A DNA stretch of 64,000 nucleotides from positions 3,790 to 67,789 of the forward strand of contig JBEKEA010000005.1 of NCBI GenBank assembly GCA_050014075.1. Direction: 5' to 3'. This document shows positions 56,016 through 64,000 of the stretch, in pieces. This DNA is from Sedimentisphaerales bacterium (GTDB taxonomy: Bacteria > Planctomycetota > Phycisphaerae > Sedimentisphaerales > UBA12454). The position numbers were made by a program, and so were the translations under genes. How positions within the stretch are numbered: the first letter of the stretch is position 1; each line of letters begins with the position of its first letter. The notes beneath the pieces are model-generated. The model searched no databases. It saw nothing but the letters and a program-made list of their open reading frames with translations, and was not told where the DNA came from.

Positions 56016-56170
56016 GTGAAAAAAATTGCTTATATATCATCATACAGTTTTAAAGTGCCAATTTTCCAGTTCTTAATTGAAAGTATAGGGTCCGGTTCAT
56101 AGGACTTTTGTTTTGACATGGATAATAACGAATACTTCAACTTTTATAAACATACAGATATTTCAGAATA
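56016..56170 (+). pseudogene. Degenerate 5' fragment paralogous to the downstream glycosyltransferase
   Basis: MKKIAYISSYSF versus MKKLIYLSSYAF, later EYFNFY versus EYFDLY; own GAGG RBS; stop at 56100. Confidence 0.5.
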
Positions 56171-56201
56171 AGCACATCGAAAAATAATCAGAAGTTCCTG
56201 C

Positions 56202-57314
56202 ATGAAAAAACTCATTTATTTATCATCATATGCTTTTGCTGATGTTGATTTTCCGATAATAAAACGGCTGAAAGAATATTTTGACCTTTATTATATCGTG
56301 ATTTTCGGTAAGCAAAGAAGTCCAATTTATTCCCAGCAGGAAGTTGCCGATTATTGTAATAAAAATAGTGTCCGGCACAAAATCTATACTAGAAAAAGGC
56401 GTGTCAGTGATTTTAGAGAGATTGTAACCGACTATAAAGTAGTAAGAGAAATTAATAACAGCAAGCCAGATGTTATTTATATGGAATTTACGGGCGTTTT
56501 TGTTCCTTTGCTAACAAAGCTTTTGATTGGGGGCAAAAAAACCGTTTATGCTGAGCATGATGTATTGCTTCACAGAGGTTCAAACTCATTATTGGAGTAT
56601 GTTCATCATGAGCTAGTCTATAAGTTATTCAATAACATCCAGGTTTTTTCAAAAACACAAAAAGATATTTTTCAGAAAAAATATCCACGTAAAAGAGTTT
56701 TCTTTGTGCCACTGGCATTGAAAGACTTTGGACAAGTAACCAGTAAAGACCTTGACAGAAAAGAGGATAAGGTTAATTTTCTTTTCTTTGGCTCAATAAG
56801 GTACAATAAAGGTTTGGATTTTCTAATCAAGGCAGCTAACAAGTTGGCGAGGGAATACGATAACTTCAAAGTTACAATAGCAGGCGGTTGCAGTCAGTTC
56901 GATGACTATCGTCGACTAATCGAAAAACCGGAAGTATTTGAATTGGATGTACGTCCTATTCCTGCCGAGGAAGTCCCGAGGGTGTTTGCGAGAGCCGATA
57001 TCATGGTTCTGCCCTACAGAGATGTAACACAAAGTGGATGTTTGTTGACCGGTTACAATTATAATGTACCGCCCATCGCAAGTGATTTTCCTGGCTTTAG
57101 AGAATATATCACTGATGGCAGAGAGGGGTTTCTCTTTGAATCGGAAAATGTGGATGCTTTGTACGAATGTATGAAAAAGATCATGCAGATGAGTCGCAAA
57201 GAGATAGAACAAATGAAGGCTAATGTTGCTGAGTTTGTAAAAAAAGAAATAGATATTGACGATATTGTTCACAGGTACGTGGCTTTTTTAAATGAAACTG
57301 CTGATAACAATTGA
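56202..57314 (+). CDS. GT4 glycosyltransferase
   Basis: LFFGSIRYNKGLD.L, LPY...TQSG, PIASD.PGF.E.I. Confidence 0.88.
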   Translation: MKKLIYLSSYAFADVDFPIIKRLKEYFDLYYIVIFGKQRSPIYSQQEVADYCNKNSVRHKIYTRKRRVSDFREIVTDYKVVREINNSKPDVIYMEFTGVFVPLLTKLLIGGKKTVYAEHDVLLHRGSNSLLEYVHHELVYKLFNNIQVFSKTQKDIFQKKYPRKRVFFVPLALKDFGQVTSKDLDRKEDKVNFLFFGSIRYNKGLDFLIKAANKLAREYDNFKVTIAGGCSQFDDYRRLIEKPEVFELDVRPIPAEEVPRVFARADIMVLPYRDVTQSGCLLTGYNYNVPPIASDFPGFREYITDGREGFLFESENVDALYECMKKIMQMSRKEIEQMKANVAEFVKKEIDIDDIVHRYVAFLNETADNN

Positions 57315-58278
57315 TACAGAATCTGATAATGCATGGAGCAGATACGGCGGCATTACAACCGAGAATGCAAAGTATTTGCCTCGTTTCCAGCAGTTATGCG
57401 AACGATATGATTTTAAGCCAACATATCTTGTATCCCATGAAATGGCTTTAGATGATTTTTTTGTTGAGTTTGCTAGGGATACGATAAAAAGAAATGCTTG
57501 CGAAATTGGGCTCCATCCACACGCTTGGACTACGCCGCCGATTGTTCCGCTGACTTCAGAGGACATGGTTTATAAGCCATATCTAATGGAGTTTTCTGAA
57601 AGAATTATACGGGAAAAAGTCAAAGTTTTGACTGAACTGCTAGGAGAAAAATTTGCTGTAAAAATGTGTTCTCACCGAGCGGGCAGATGGGGATTTAATG
57701 AAGCATATGCCAGAATACTTTGCGAGTTTGATTATAAGGTTGACTGTTCAGTAACACCTTTACAACTCTGGGCTAAAGACAGACGGCCCAAGGGTGAGCC
57801 TGAATCGCCGGTATTGGACTACAGGGATTTTCCATTGGATGCATATTTTTTGAATGCTGATGATATTTCGAAACCAGGTGATTTACCTATATTAGAACTG
57901 CCAATGACAATCATACCTAATTATGGAAAATTATTTTCAAAGCTTTACTTTACTCTGCCGCGAGGCATTCAGCAGACTATGCGTGTTGTTTTCGGCAGAC
58001 CTGTAAGTTGGTTTAGACCTCATAGGGTGTATCGAGAGTTATTGCAAGTAGCGAAGCACAAGTTAGATGAAGAAAGTGATTATATAATGTTCATGTTACA
58101 TTCGTCAGAGCTTATGGCGGCGGGAAGTCCTACGTTCAGAAATCAGAAGGAGATAGAGTTTCTTTATAAAGACATTGAAGAAGCTTTTGACTTTCTCAGG
58201 ACTAATGGGGTGATCGGCGTAACTTGTCAGGAATATTACAAAGCCTTTTTGAATAAAGAAAAGATGCAGGGAATATAA
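57292..58278 (+). CDS. Polysaccharide deacetylase family protein (WalW-like)
   Basis: LITIDTESDN.W, EIGLHPHAW, HRAGRWG, D.SV.P, FMLHSSE. Confidence 0.82.
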   Translation: MKLLITIDTESDNAWSRYGGITTENAKYLPRFQQLCERYDFKPTYLVSHEMALDDFFVEFARDTIKRNACEIGLHPHAWTTPPIVPLTSEDMVYKPYLMEFSERIIREKVKVLTELLGEKFAVKMCSHRAGRWGFNEAYARILCEFDYKVDCSVTPLQLWAKDRRPKGEPESPVLDYRDFPLDAYFLNADDISKPGDLPILELPMTIIPNYGKLFSKLYFTLPRGIQQTMRVVFGRPVSWFRPHRVYRELLQVAKHKLDEESDYIMFMLHSSELMAAGSPTFRNQKEIEFLYKDIEEAFDFLRTNGVIGVTCQEYYKAFLNKEKMQGI

Positions 58279-59061
58279 ATGGCAGTAACCATAACTTATA
58301 GAAAGTTCAATATAGTTCCGGTAACAGTTACGTGGTTCAATACAGAAGCCGCTTTCAAGTATGCTACTGACAGTTTATTTTATATTTTCCGACAAAGCGT
58401 ATTTCTTCCGGAAGCGGGACACAGATGTGTTAAGTCTTATAAGTCAATGACAAGCATAATTAATTTGGGCTGTTCGCAGGAGGAACTGTGGCAAAATCTG
58501 GACCCCAAATCCTGCAGGTACGAAATACGTAAAGTATTAAAAATGCTTGATGAAGGACAAAATCTACAAGTAAAAGATGAGTCTGACATAGAGAAGTTCT
58601 TGGTATTGGCTAATAATTATATTATCGAAAAAGGATATTCTAACCCGCTGACGTTAAACCATTTTACCAGATACCTTGACTACAATTGTGGTGAACTACT
58701 TACTGTTTATTATGAGAATAAACTTTTAGTTGGCAACTTTTATATAAAGGATTACCCTTCCAGGGTGAGACTACTTTATTCATTTAACAACCGATTTGAG
58801 GACAAAAATATACAGCAACTATCAGGGGCATTTACAAGATATCTTCACTGGTATGCTATGATTGAAAGATATAAAAAACAGGGATTTCACAGCTACGATA
58901 TGGGAGGTGTGGATCTTGCGCCGGACGCTCCGACTCACGGTATCTCAAAGTTTAAGCTCAGTTTTGGCGGCAAAGTGGTGGAAGAAGATAACTATGTATT
59001 TGTCCGTAATAGACTTATCGAAAAAGCATATAAAGCACTCCGGAAAATAATCGACAAATGA
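58279..59061 (+). CDS. FemAB/GNAT-fold acyl or aminoacyl transferase
   Basis: LHW..I..YK..G...YDMGG and GISKFKLSFGG C-terminal signature. Confidence 0.7.
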   Translation: MAVTITYRKFNIVPVTVTWFNTEAAFKYATDSLFYIFRQSVFLPEAGHRCVKSYKSMTSIINLGCSQEELWQNLDPKSCRYEIRKVLKMLDEGQNLQVKDESDIEKFLVLANNYIIEKGYSNPLTLNHFTRYLDYNCGELLTVYYENKLLVGNFYIKDYPSRVRLLYSFNNRFEDKNIQQLSGAFTRYLHWYAMIERYKKQGFHSYDMGGVDLAPDAPTHGISKFKLSFGGKVVEEDNYVFVRNRLIEKAYKALRKIIDK

Positions 59062-59071
59062 AAGTTTTGAG

Positions 59072-60211
59072 ATGAAAGTCTTTCACATTTTGAGTAATCC
59101 CTATATTGGTGGTATTGAGGGGATGCTTTCAAATTTAATACCTCGCATTGATGTGCGAAAATGGGATATACGAATAGTAAATCTTCGTGATGACTCGAAG
59201 GCTTACGATCTTTGGGATAAATCCGGAGTAAAGTATTTCCGGATGAAAACTCCCGGTAAGTTTTTATTAGGCAGTGTTCTTAGTTTAGCAAAAGTATTGA
59301 AGAGAGAACGTGTGAATATTGTCGAAATTTACGGTTTACGTGCTAATATCATTGGAAGATTAGCCGCAAAATTAGCGGGCGTTCCTGTGATTTTGACGGG
59401 AATTTTAAGTACTGATGACTGGCGAAGGTGGAATCATGTTTTAGTAGATCGTCTGACAAGTTGGGCAGTCGATGGATGGGTGGCAAATTCGGAAGCGTGC
59501 AAGAGAAGCCAGATTAACCGCGAGAAACATCCGGAAGAACGAATTACAGTTATATATGACGGCATAGATGTAGATTCGTGGATACATCAGGGAGAAGATA
59601 TTCGTAATGAGATGAGGCAGAAATGGGGATATAACAAACAAAACCTTATATTTGTTACAATTGCCAATCTCCGGCCTGATAAAGGAGTTCAGTATCTTGT
59701 AGAAGCAATACCTGCAGTGGTTGAACGAATACCTGAAGCAAGATTTGTTCTGGTAGGCAGTGACTGGATGGGCGGAAAATTACAGGCCAGATGTAAAGAA
59801 CTTAGCATTAATGATAAGGTTTTGTTTACCGGATTTTGCAGTGATATTCATAGGATATATCATGCGGCAGATGTGGTAGTTTTGCCTTCATTACGTGAGG
59901 GACTTCCAATATGTCTGATCGAGGCAATGAGCATGGAGCTCCCGGTGGTTGCAAGTGCAGTAAGCGGAGTACCGGAATTGGTAATAGAAAGACAGACCGG
60001 CCTGCTTGTCCCTTCGAAAGATGTAAAAGCTTTAACAGAGACTTTGTTATGCATTGGGCAAGATGGGAAGATGCGAATTGAGATGGGTCAGGCAGGCAGA
60101 AAGAGGGTTCGTGAAAAATTTACTATTGAGCGAATGGCTAATGAATTAACAGGATATTATGAGAAGAAATTTGAAAATTGGAAAACGAGAAATCTTCATG
60201 AGCAGTTGTAA
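59072..60211 (+). CDS. GT4 glycosyltransferase
   Basis: GGIE, VIYDGID, IANLRPDKG, LPSLREGLP..LIEAM..LPVVAS.V.G.PE. Confidence 0.9.
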   Translation: MKVFHILSNPYIGGIEGMLSNLIPRIDVRKWDIRIVNLRDDSKAYDLWDKSGVKYFRMKTPGKFLLGSVLSLAKVLKRERVNIVEIYGLRANIIGRLAAKLAGVPVILTGILSTDDWRRWNHVLVDRLTSWAVDGWVANSEACKRSQINREKHPEERITVIYDGIDVDSWIHQGEDIRNEMRQKWGYNKQNLIFVTIANLRPDKGVQYLVEAIPAVVERIPEARFVLVGSDWMGGKLQARCKELSINDKVLFTGFCSDIHRIYHAADVVVLPSLREGLPICLIEAMSMELPVVASAVSGVPELVIERQTGLLVPSKDVKALTETLLCIGQDGKMRIEMGQAGRKRVREKFTIERMANELTGYYEKKFENWKTRNLHEQL

Positions 60212-61511
60212 ATATATTTTGATAATTTTATTGTTTATACAGCCTGCAATTTTTGCCCAAATTTATTATGTCAGCACTACGGGCAGTGATAACAATGACG
60301 GTAGTGCTAATAGTCCCTTTGCGACTATTCAATATGCGATTAATAAAGCTGGAAATGGCGAGCCGAACAATTATGATATAGTAAGAGTTAAAAAAGGTGT
60401 GTATATAACAGGACCGATTAACTTTATTCACAATAATCAGGGGTTATATATTGAGGAAGGTACAAAAATTATTGCAAAAAGTAATAAAGGGCTTGGTAAA
60501 AATGGGCCTTTTATCGATCCTGGTGCAACTTTTTTTAAAATAAGAGATAAATATAATATCTCTATTTTGGGGTACGGTGCAGATATTCAGATGCAAAAGG
60601 AAGAGTATAGAGAGCTTCCGGGAGAATGGCGCGCCTGTATAACTATTTTGGGTTGTTCAAATGTATCATTATATGGACTAACATTGAAAGATTCAGGCGG
60701 CGATGGAATCGATATTAGTCCGAGCAGTTTTCTGAATTATAGTAGTGATATTTTAATAAAAGATATAACTTGTGATAACAATATGAGAAATGCTATTTCC
60801 ATAATCAGTGTTGACGGATTGCGGATTGAAAATTGTGTTCTTAAAAACAGCAGCGGTAAGGATCCTGGTGACGGGATAGATTTTGAACCGAACAGACATA
60901 TAGAAAGACTGAATAAAATTGTTGTGAAAAATACAACCATATTTGGTAATAAAGGTCATGCTATAGATATAAATCCTGCGATGCTTAGAAGCGGGATAAA
61001 AAATACCACGCAGAAATATATTGATATTTTATTTGAAAATGTGACGGTAAGAGATGGACAAGGGATTGGTATGGCCAATTTTAGTGATAATGGGCCGAAC
61101 GGGATTGTCAAGTTTAAAAATATTTTGATTGAGAGGACTACCTTTGGAACATGGATAAGAAAGTCATCTAAGGAACTTGCGCTTATCTTTGAAAACTGTA
61201 TATGGAGGGATATTGACAGGGGCGATTATCCTATATCGATTTTTAGTAATGGCGAAAATACAAACTGGCCCGGAGGGGTACAATTTATCGATTGTCAGAT
61301 TTTTGATGATAAGGACCGCCCTGCAATTATATTCGCAAAATATGATAGAGATACCTTATATGAAATTCATGGTAATCTATATGTGAATAATGCGAAACGA
61401 AAATTTTTTTTATATGATTGGCAGGGAGCTAAATTAGTTAACGTTGATTTGACAGTTAATCAGGGGGTTGCTGATTTCGCGAAAGTGTACGAATCTGAAG
61501 ATAAAAAATGA
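60198..61511 (+). CDS. Secreted right-handed parallel beta-helix protein (pectin-lyase-like)
   Basis: Signal peptide, YYVSTTGSD.NDGS...PFATIQ.A, GDGIDI, N.R..ISI.S, GIDFEPN. Confidence 0.8.
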   Translation: MSSCKYILIILLFIQPAIFAQIYYVSTTGSDNNDGSANSPFATIQYAINKAGNGEPNNYDIVRVKKGVYITGPINFIHNNQGLYIEEGTKIIAKSNKGLGKNGPFIDPGATFFKIRDKYNISILGYGADIQMQKEEYRELPGEWRACITILGCSNVSLYGLTLKDSGGDGIDISPSSFLNYSSDILIKDITCDNNMRNAISIISVDGLRIENCVLKNSSGKDPGDGIDFEPNRHIERLNKIVVKNTTIFGNKGHAIDINPAMLRSGIKNTTQKYIDILFENVTVRDGQGIGMANFSDNGPNGIVKFKNILIERTTFGTWIRKSSKELALIFENCIWRDIDRGDYPISIFSNGENTNWPGGVQFIDCQIFDDKDRPAIIFAKYDRDTLYEIHGNLYVNNAKRKFFLYDWQGAKLVNVDLTVNQGVADFAKVYESEDKK

Positions 61512-62689
61512 AAAAACAGACTAAAGATTCATTAACAGCCAAAAGAATAATGGTTATTTCTGCGGTAGATGTGAGTTTCAAAATTCTCTTAATCGCTCAG
61601 ATCAAAGCTGCGCAAGGGGCAGGCTATGAAGTTTATGGAATTTGCTCAAAAGGTTCCTATTTTGACTGGCTCACCCAACAGGGTATAAAAATGATACCTG
61701 TAACAATTAAGCGTTCTATCAGTCCGTTAAGCGACCTTGTGGCTCTGTGGAAGATGTATAGATGCTTTAATCGCCTGAGAATAGATATTGTTCATACTCA
61801 TACACCGAAAGCTTGTTTGTTTGGTCAGTTGGCGGCAAAAATGGCCGGCGTACCGATAATAATAAGTACTCTTCACGGTTTTTATTTTCACGATAATATG
61901 AAGCCGTTAGTACGATGGTTCCATATTATAATGGAAAAAATAGCTGCCAAATGCTCAACAATGATACTCAGTCAGAATCCTGAGGATATTGAAACTGCTA
62001 TAAAACTTAAAATATGCAAGCCTGAAAGAATTAAATTGCTTGGTAATGGAGTTGATTTAAACAAGTTTGATCCGAAAAGATTTGATGGAAAATTTAAAAA
62101 AGAAAAAAGAAAAGAAATTGGTATCCCTGAAGACGCTGTTGTTATTGGCATTATAGGAAGATTGGTTGAAGAAAAGGGCTACTTAGAATTATGTGAAGCT
62201 TTCGGAGAGATGATTAAGACACACGATAATGTTTGGCTTGTTATAGTTGGTCCGGATGAGCCTGAAAAAGCAGATAGAATTTCAACAGATATTTTCAAGC
62301 AATATGATATAGAGCCTTGGACTCTTTACTTAGGCTCGAGAGATGATATTCCTGAATTAATGAGTTGTTTTGATATTTATGTATTACCTTCATGGCGGGA
62401 AGGGTTTCCACGATCAGCAATTGAAGCTGCGGCTATGAGTTTGCCAATAGTTGCGACAAACATTCGCGGTTGCAGACAAGTAGTTGAAAACGGAGTAAAT
62501 GGGATTCTTGTTCCTGTAAGGGATGCTAAAAAACTTACAGAAGCACTTATAACTTTGATAGATAATCCTGGTTCGAGAATGAAAATGGGCCAGGCTGGAT
62601 ACGAAAAAGCTCATCGAGAATTTGATGAAAAAAAGGTTTGCCAAATTGTTTTGGACACTTATAGGGAATGCTCGAATAAAATAGAATGA
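61508..62689 (+). CDS. GT4 glycosyltransferase
   Basis: DIVHTHTPKA, TLHGFYF, GNGVDL, GRLVEEKG..EL, PSWREGFPRS.IEAAA. Confidence 0.9.
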   Translation: MKKQTKDSLTAKRIMVISAVDVSFKILLIAQIKAAQGAGYEVYGICSKGSYFDWLTQQGIKMIPVTIKRSISPLSDLVALWKMYRCFNRLRIDIVHTHTPKACLFGQLAAKMAGVPIIISTLHGFYFHDNMKPLVRWFHIIMEKIAAKCSTMILSQNPEDIETAIKLKICKPERIKLLGNGVDLNKFDPKRFDGKFKKEKRKEIGIPEDAVVIGIIGRLVEEKGYLELCEAFGEMIKTHDNVWLVIVGPDEPEKADRISTDIFKQYDIEPWTLYLGSRDDIPELMSCFDIYVLPSWREGFPRSAIEAAAMSLPIVATNIRGCRQVVENGVNGILVPVRDAKKLTEALITLIDNPGSRMKMGQAGYEKAHREFDEKKVCQIVLDTYRECSNKIE

Positions 62690-63306
62690 TTGCTTCATTG
62701 GCAAAAGATAATTCGCAACAAATTGCAAAACTCCATATCTCTGGCATTCCAACCGGATTTATAAGTTCCTTGGGGAAGGAGTTTGTAGAAGTGTTATATG
62801 AAGCTATCGCAGAGGATAAAAACAGCTTCGGCTTTGTGGCTGTTGAAGATGATAAGGTACTTGGTTTTGTTGCCTTTTCGCTAAATCTTTCAAGGTTATA
62901 TAAATATGTGGCGTTAAAGAAAGGTTTCAAATTCGCTTTTGTACTTGCCAAGAGAATGTTATCCTTGCAGATAATTAAGAAAGTATGGGACAATCTTTTT
63001 TATCCTTCAAAAATGAAAAAGATGGATTTGCCGGATGCCGAGTTGCTCTCAATAGCCGTAGCCCATGAAGGCAGAGGAAAAGGAATTGCAAAACAGCTTG
63101 TCGATGCCGGTTTTGAAGAATGCCGAAAACGTGGCATTGATAAAGTTAAGGTGTTAGTGGCTGCGGACAATGAGGCTGCCAACAAATTATATAAAAAGTG
63201 CGGCTTTGAATTTAAGATACAAATTGACAGCCACGGGGTAAGCAGCAACGTTTACGTTGCTGAAGTTAGAAGGCAAAAGGGCGGTAATTATGAGCAAAAA
63301 AAATAG
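62686..63306 (+). CDS. GNAT family N-acetyltransferase
   Basis: ELLSIAV....RGKGIAK.L, V...N.AA..LY.KCGF. Confidence 0.88.
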   Translation: MIASLAKDNSQQIAKLHISGIPTGFISSLGKEFVEVLYEAIAEDKNSFGFVAVEDDKVLGFVAFSLNLSRLYKYVALKKGFKFAFVLAKRMLSLQIIKKVWDNLFYPSKMKKMDLPDAELLSIAVAHEGRGKGIAKQLVDAGFEECRKRGIDKVKVLVAADNEAANKLYKKCGFEFKIQIDSHGVSSNVYVAEVRRQKGGNYEQKK

Positions 63307-64000
63307 AAATATTGTTATTGCTGTTATAATTCTAGCCGGTCTCCTGTCTATAATGATTTTCTCCAACGCTAAAAACGTTCTTGTCCGCCAACTTCAGGGG
63401 CCTATTGAGGGAACTGACAATGTTATAACTATTGACGGCAAACTCTCAATTATATCAAAAAACAATCATATTTATACCTGGCAATGGAAGGATTTATCCA
63501 TTTGGCCGGTAGTGGCAAAGCCACAAGCTATAGTTGCAGTACCACTTGCTGATGATAAAATTATTTATAATCCATTAGCCGACTCAAAAAAACTAATCAT
63601 AACTAATCTAAAAGCTGATAAAGAACTTACGAGTTTGTCTTTACCTTATGAGGCAGGATGTAAAAAAATAAAAATTTCTTCAAATGAGAAATTCGGTATA
63701 GTTTCAGTGATTTTTAATGAAGGCACACAAAAAGACTGGTTAAAATTGGCAGTATTTAATTCCGATTCAAAAGATTTATCCTTTGTTTTTCAGAAAGATA
63801 CAAGAACCGAAGATTTTTCATTATATGATTTTGCTATATCTAATGAGGGAGATTTAATTGCCGGTGCAGGTGAAAAAGACAAGGCCTGGGTTTTTGTTAC
63901 AGATAAAAAGAAAGAAAATATCCTTTGGGAAAAGACTTTTGGGGAATATGGCCGGTTTACTTCTGTGAAATTTTCCCCCGACGGTAAAACGCTCTATGTA
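63290..64000 (+). CDS. Membrane-anchored WD40-like beta-propeller protein, truncated by the window end (not in the ORF track)
   Basis: Open frame from ATG 63290: MSKKNRNIVIAVIILAGLL..FAISNEGDLIAGAG..SVKFSPDGKTLYV. Confidence 0.7.
   Translation, partial: MSKKNRNIVIAVIILAGLLSIMIFSNAKNVLVRQLQGPIEGTDNVITIDGKLSIISKNNHIYTWQWKDLSIWPVVAKPQAIVAVPLADDKIIYNPLADSKKLIITNLKADKELTSLSLPYEAGCKKIKISSNEKFGIVSVIFNEGTQKDWLKLAVFNSDSKDLSFVFQKDTRTEDFSLYDFAISNEGDLIAGAGEKDKAWVFVTDKKKENILWEKTFGEYGRFTSVKFSPDGKTLYV

Noticed and set aside
63279-63293. GGCGGTA as an ops/RfaH site
   Set aside because: Lacks the AGnnTG continuation and lies at a distal gene junction, not in the operon leader
1-64000. tRNA, rRNA, transposase or integrase genes
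   Set aside because: None recognised by eye; a tRNAscan/Infernal/ISEScan run would be needed to exclude small or divergent ones

Overview
Bacterial chromosomal segment, GC-moderate, probably from a diderm planctomycete (Phycisphaerae-like). This taxon call is inference from protein style and gene order, not a database result. 1-13.3 kb is a housekeeping run: glmU 3' end, prs, rplY, pth, rpsF, ssb, rpsR, rplI, dnaB, bamA, skp, lpxD, lpxC-fabZ fusion, lpxA and a GnnA-like oxidoreductase. It is followed by a solitary integron-type gene cassette with an attC-like site (13.5-14.25 kb). Next come nfi, uvrA, mtnA, a GT-C-like membrane protein, pheA, tpiA, secG, yicC, gmk, rpoZ, split coaC/coaB, pyrE, purB, an aldo/keto reductase, a DUF1638-like gene and prfB with its programmed +1 frameshift. 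An AT-rich three-gene insert (TIGR04255-like + unknown + HEPN-like) sits behind a consensus promoter carrying a perfect palindromic operator; it is the best candidate for an undescribed defence or toxin-antitoxin system. After it come pepA, folE, a two-domain PTPS, and a YfhO-like gene bracketed by a diverged 77-bp duplication of the PTPS 3' end. A small membrane protein and an ankyrin protein follow, then a >23 kb surface-polysaccharide locus (WbpA/B/D/E-like diacetamido-uronate pathway, Wzx, Wzy/ligase, GT4s, deacetylase, FemAB-like and GNAT genes) containing gene relics and one frameshift. Several miniature palindromic elements are scattered through the window. No rRNA, tRNA, CRISPR array, transposase or integrase was recognised.
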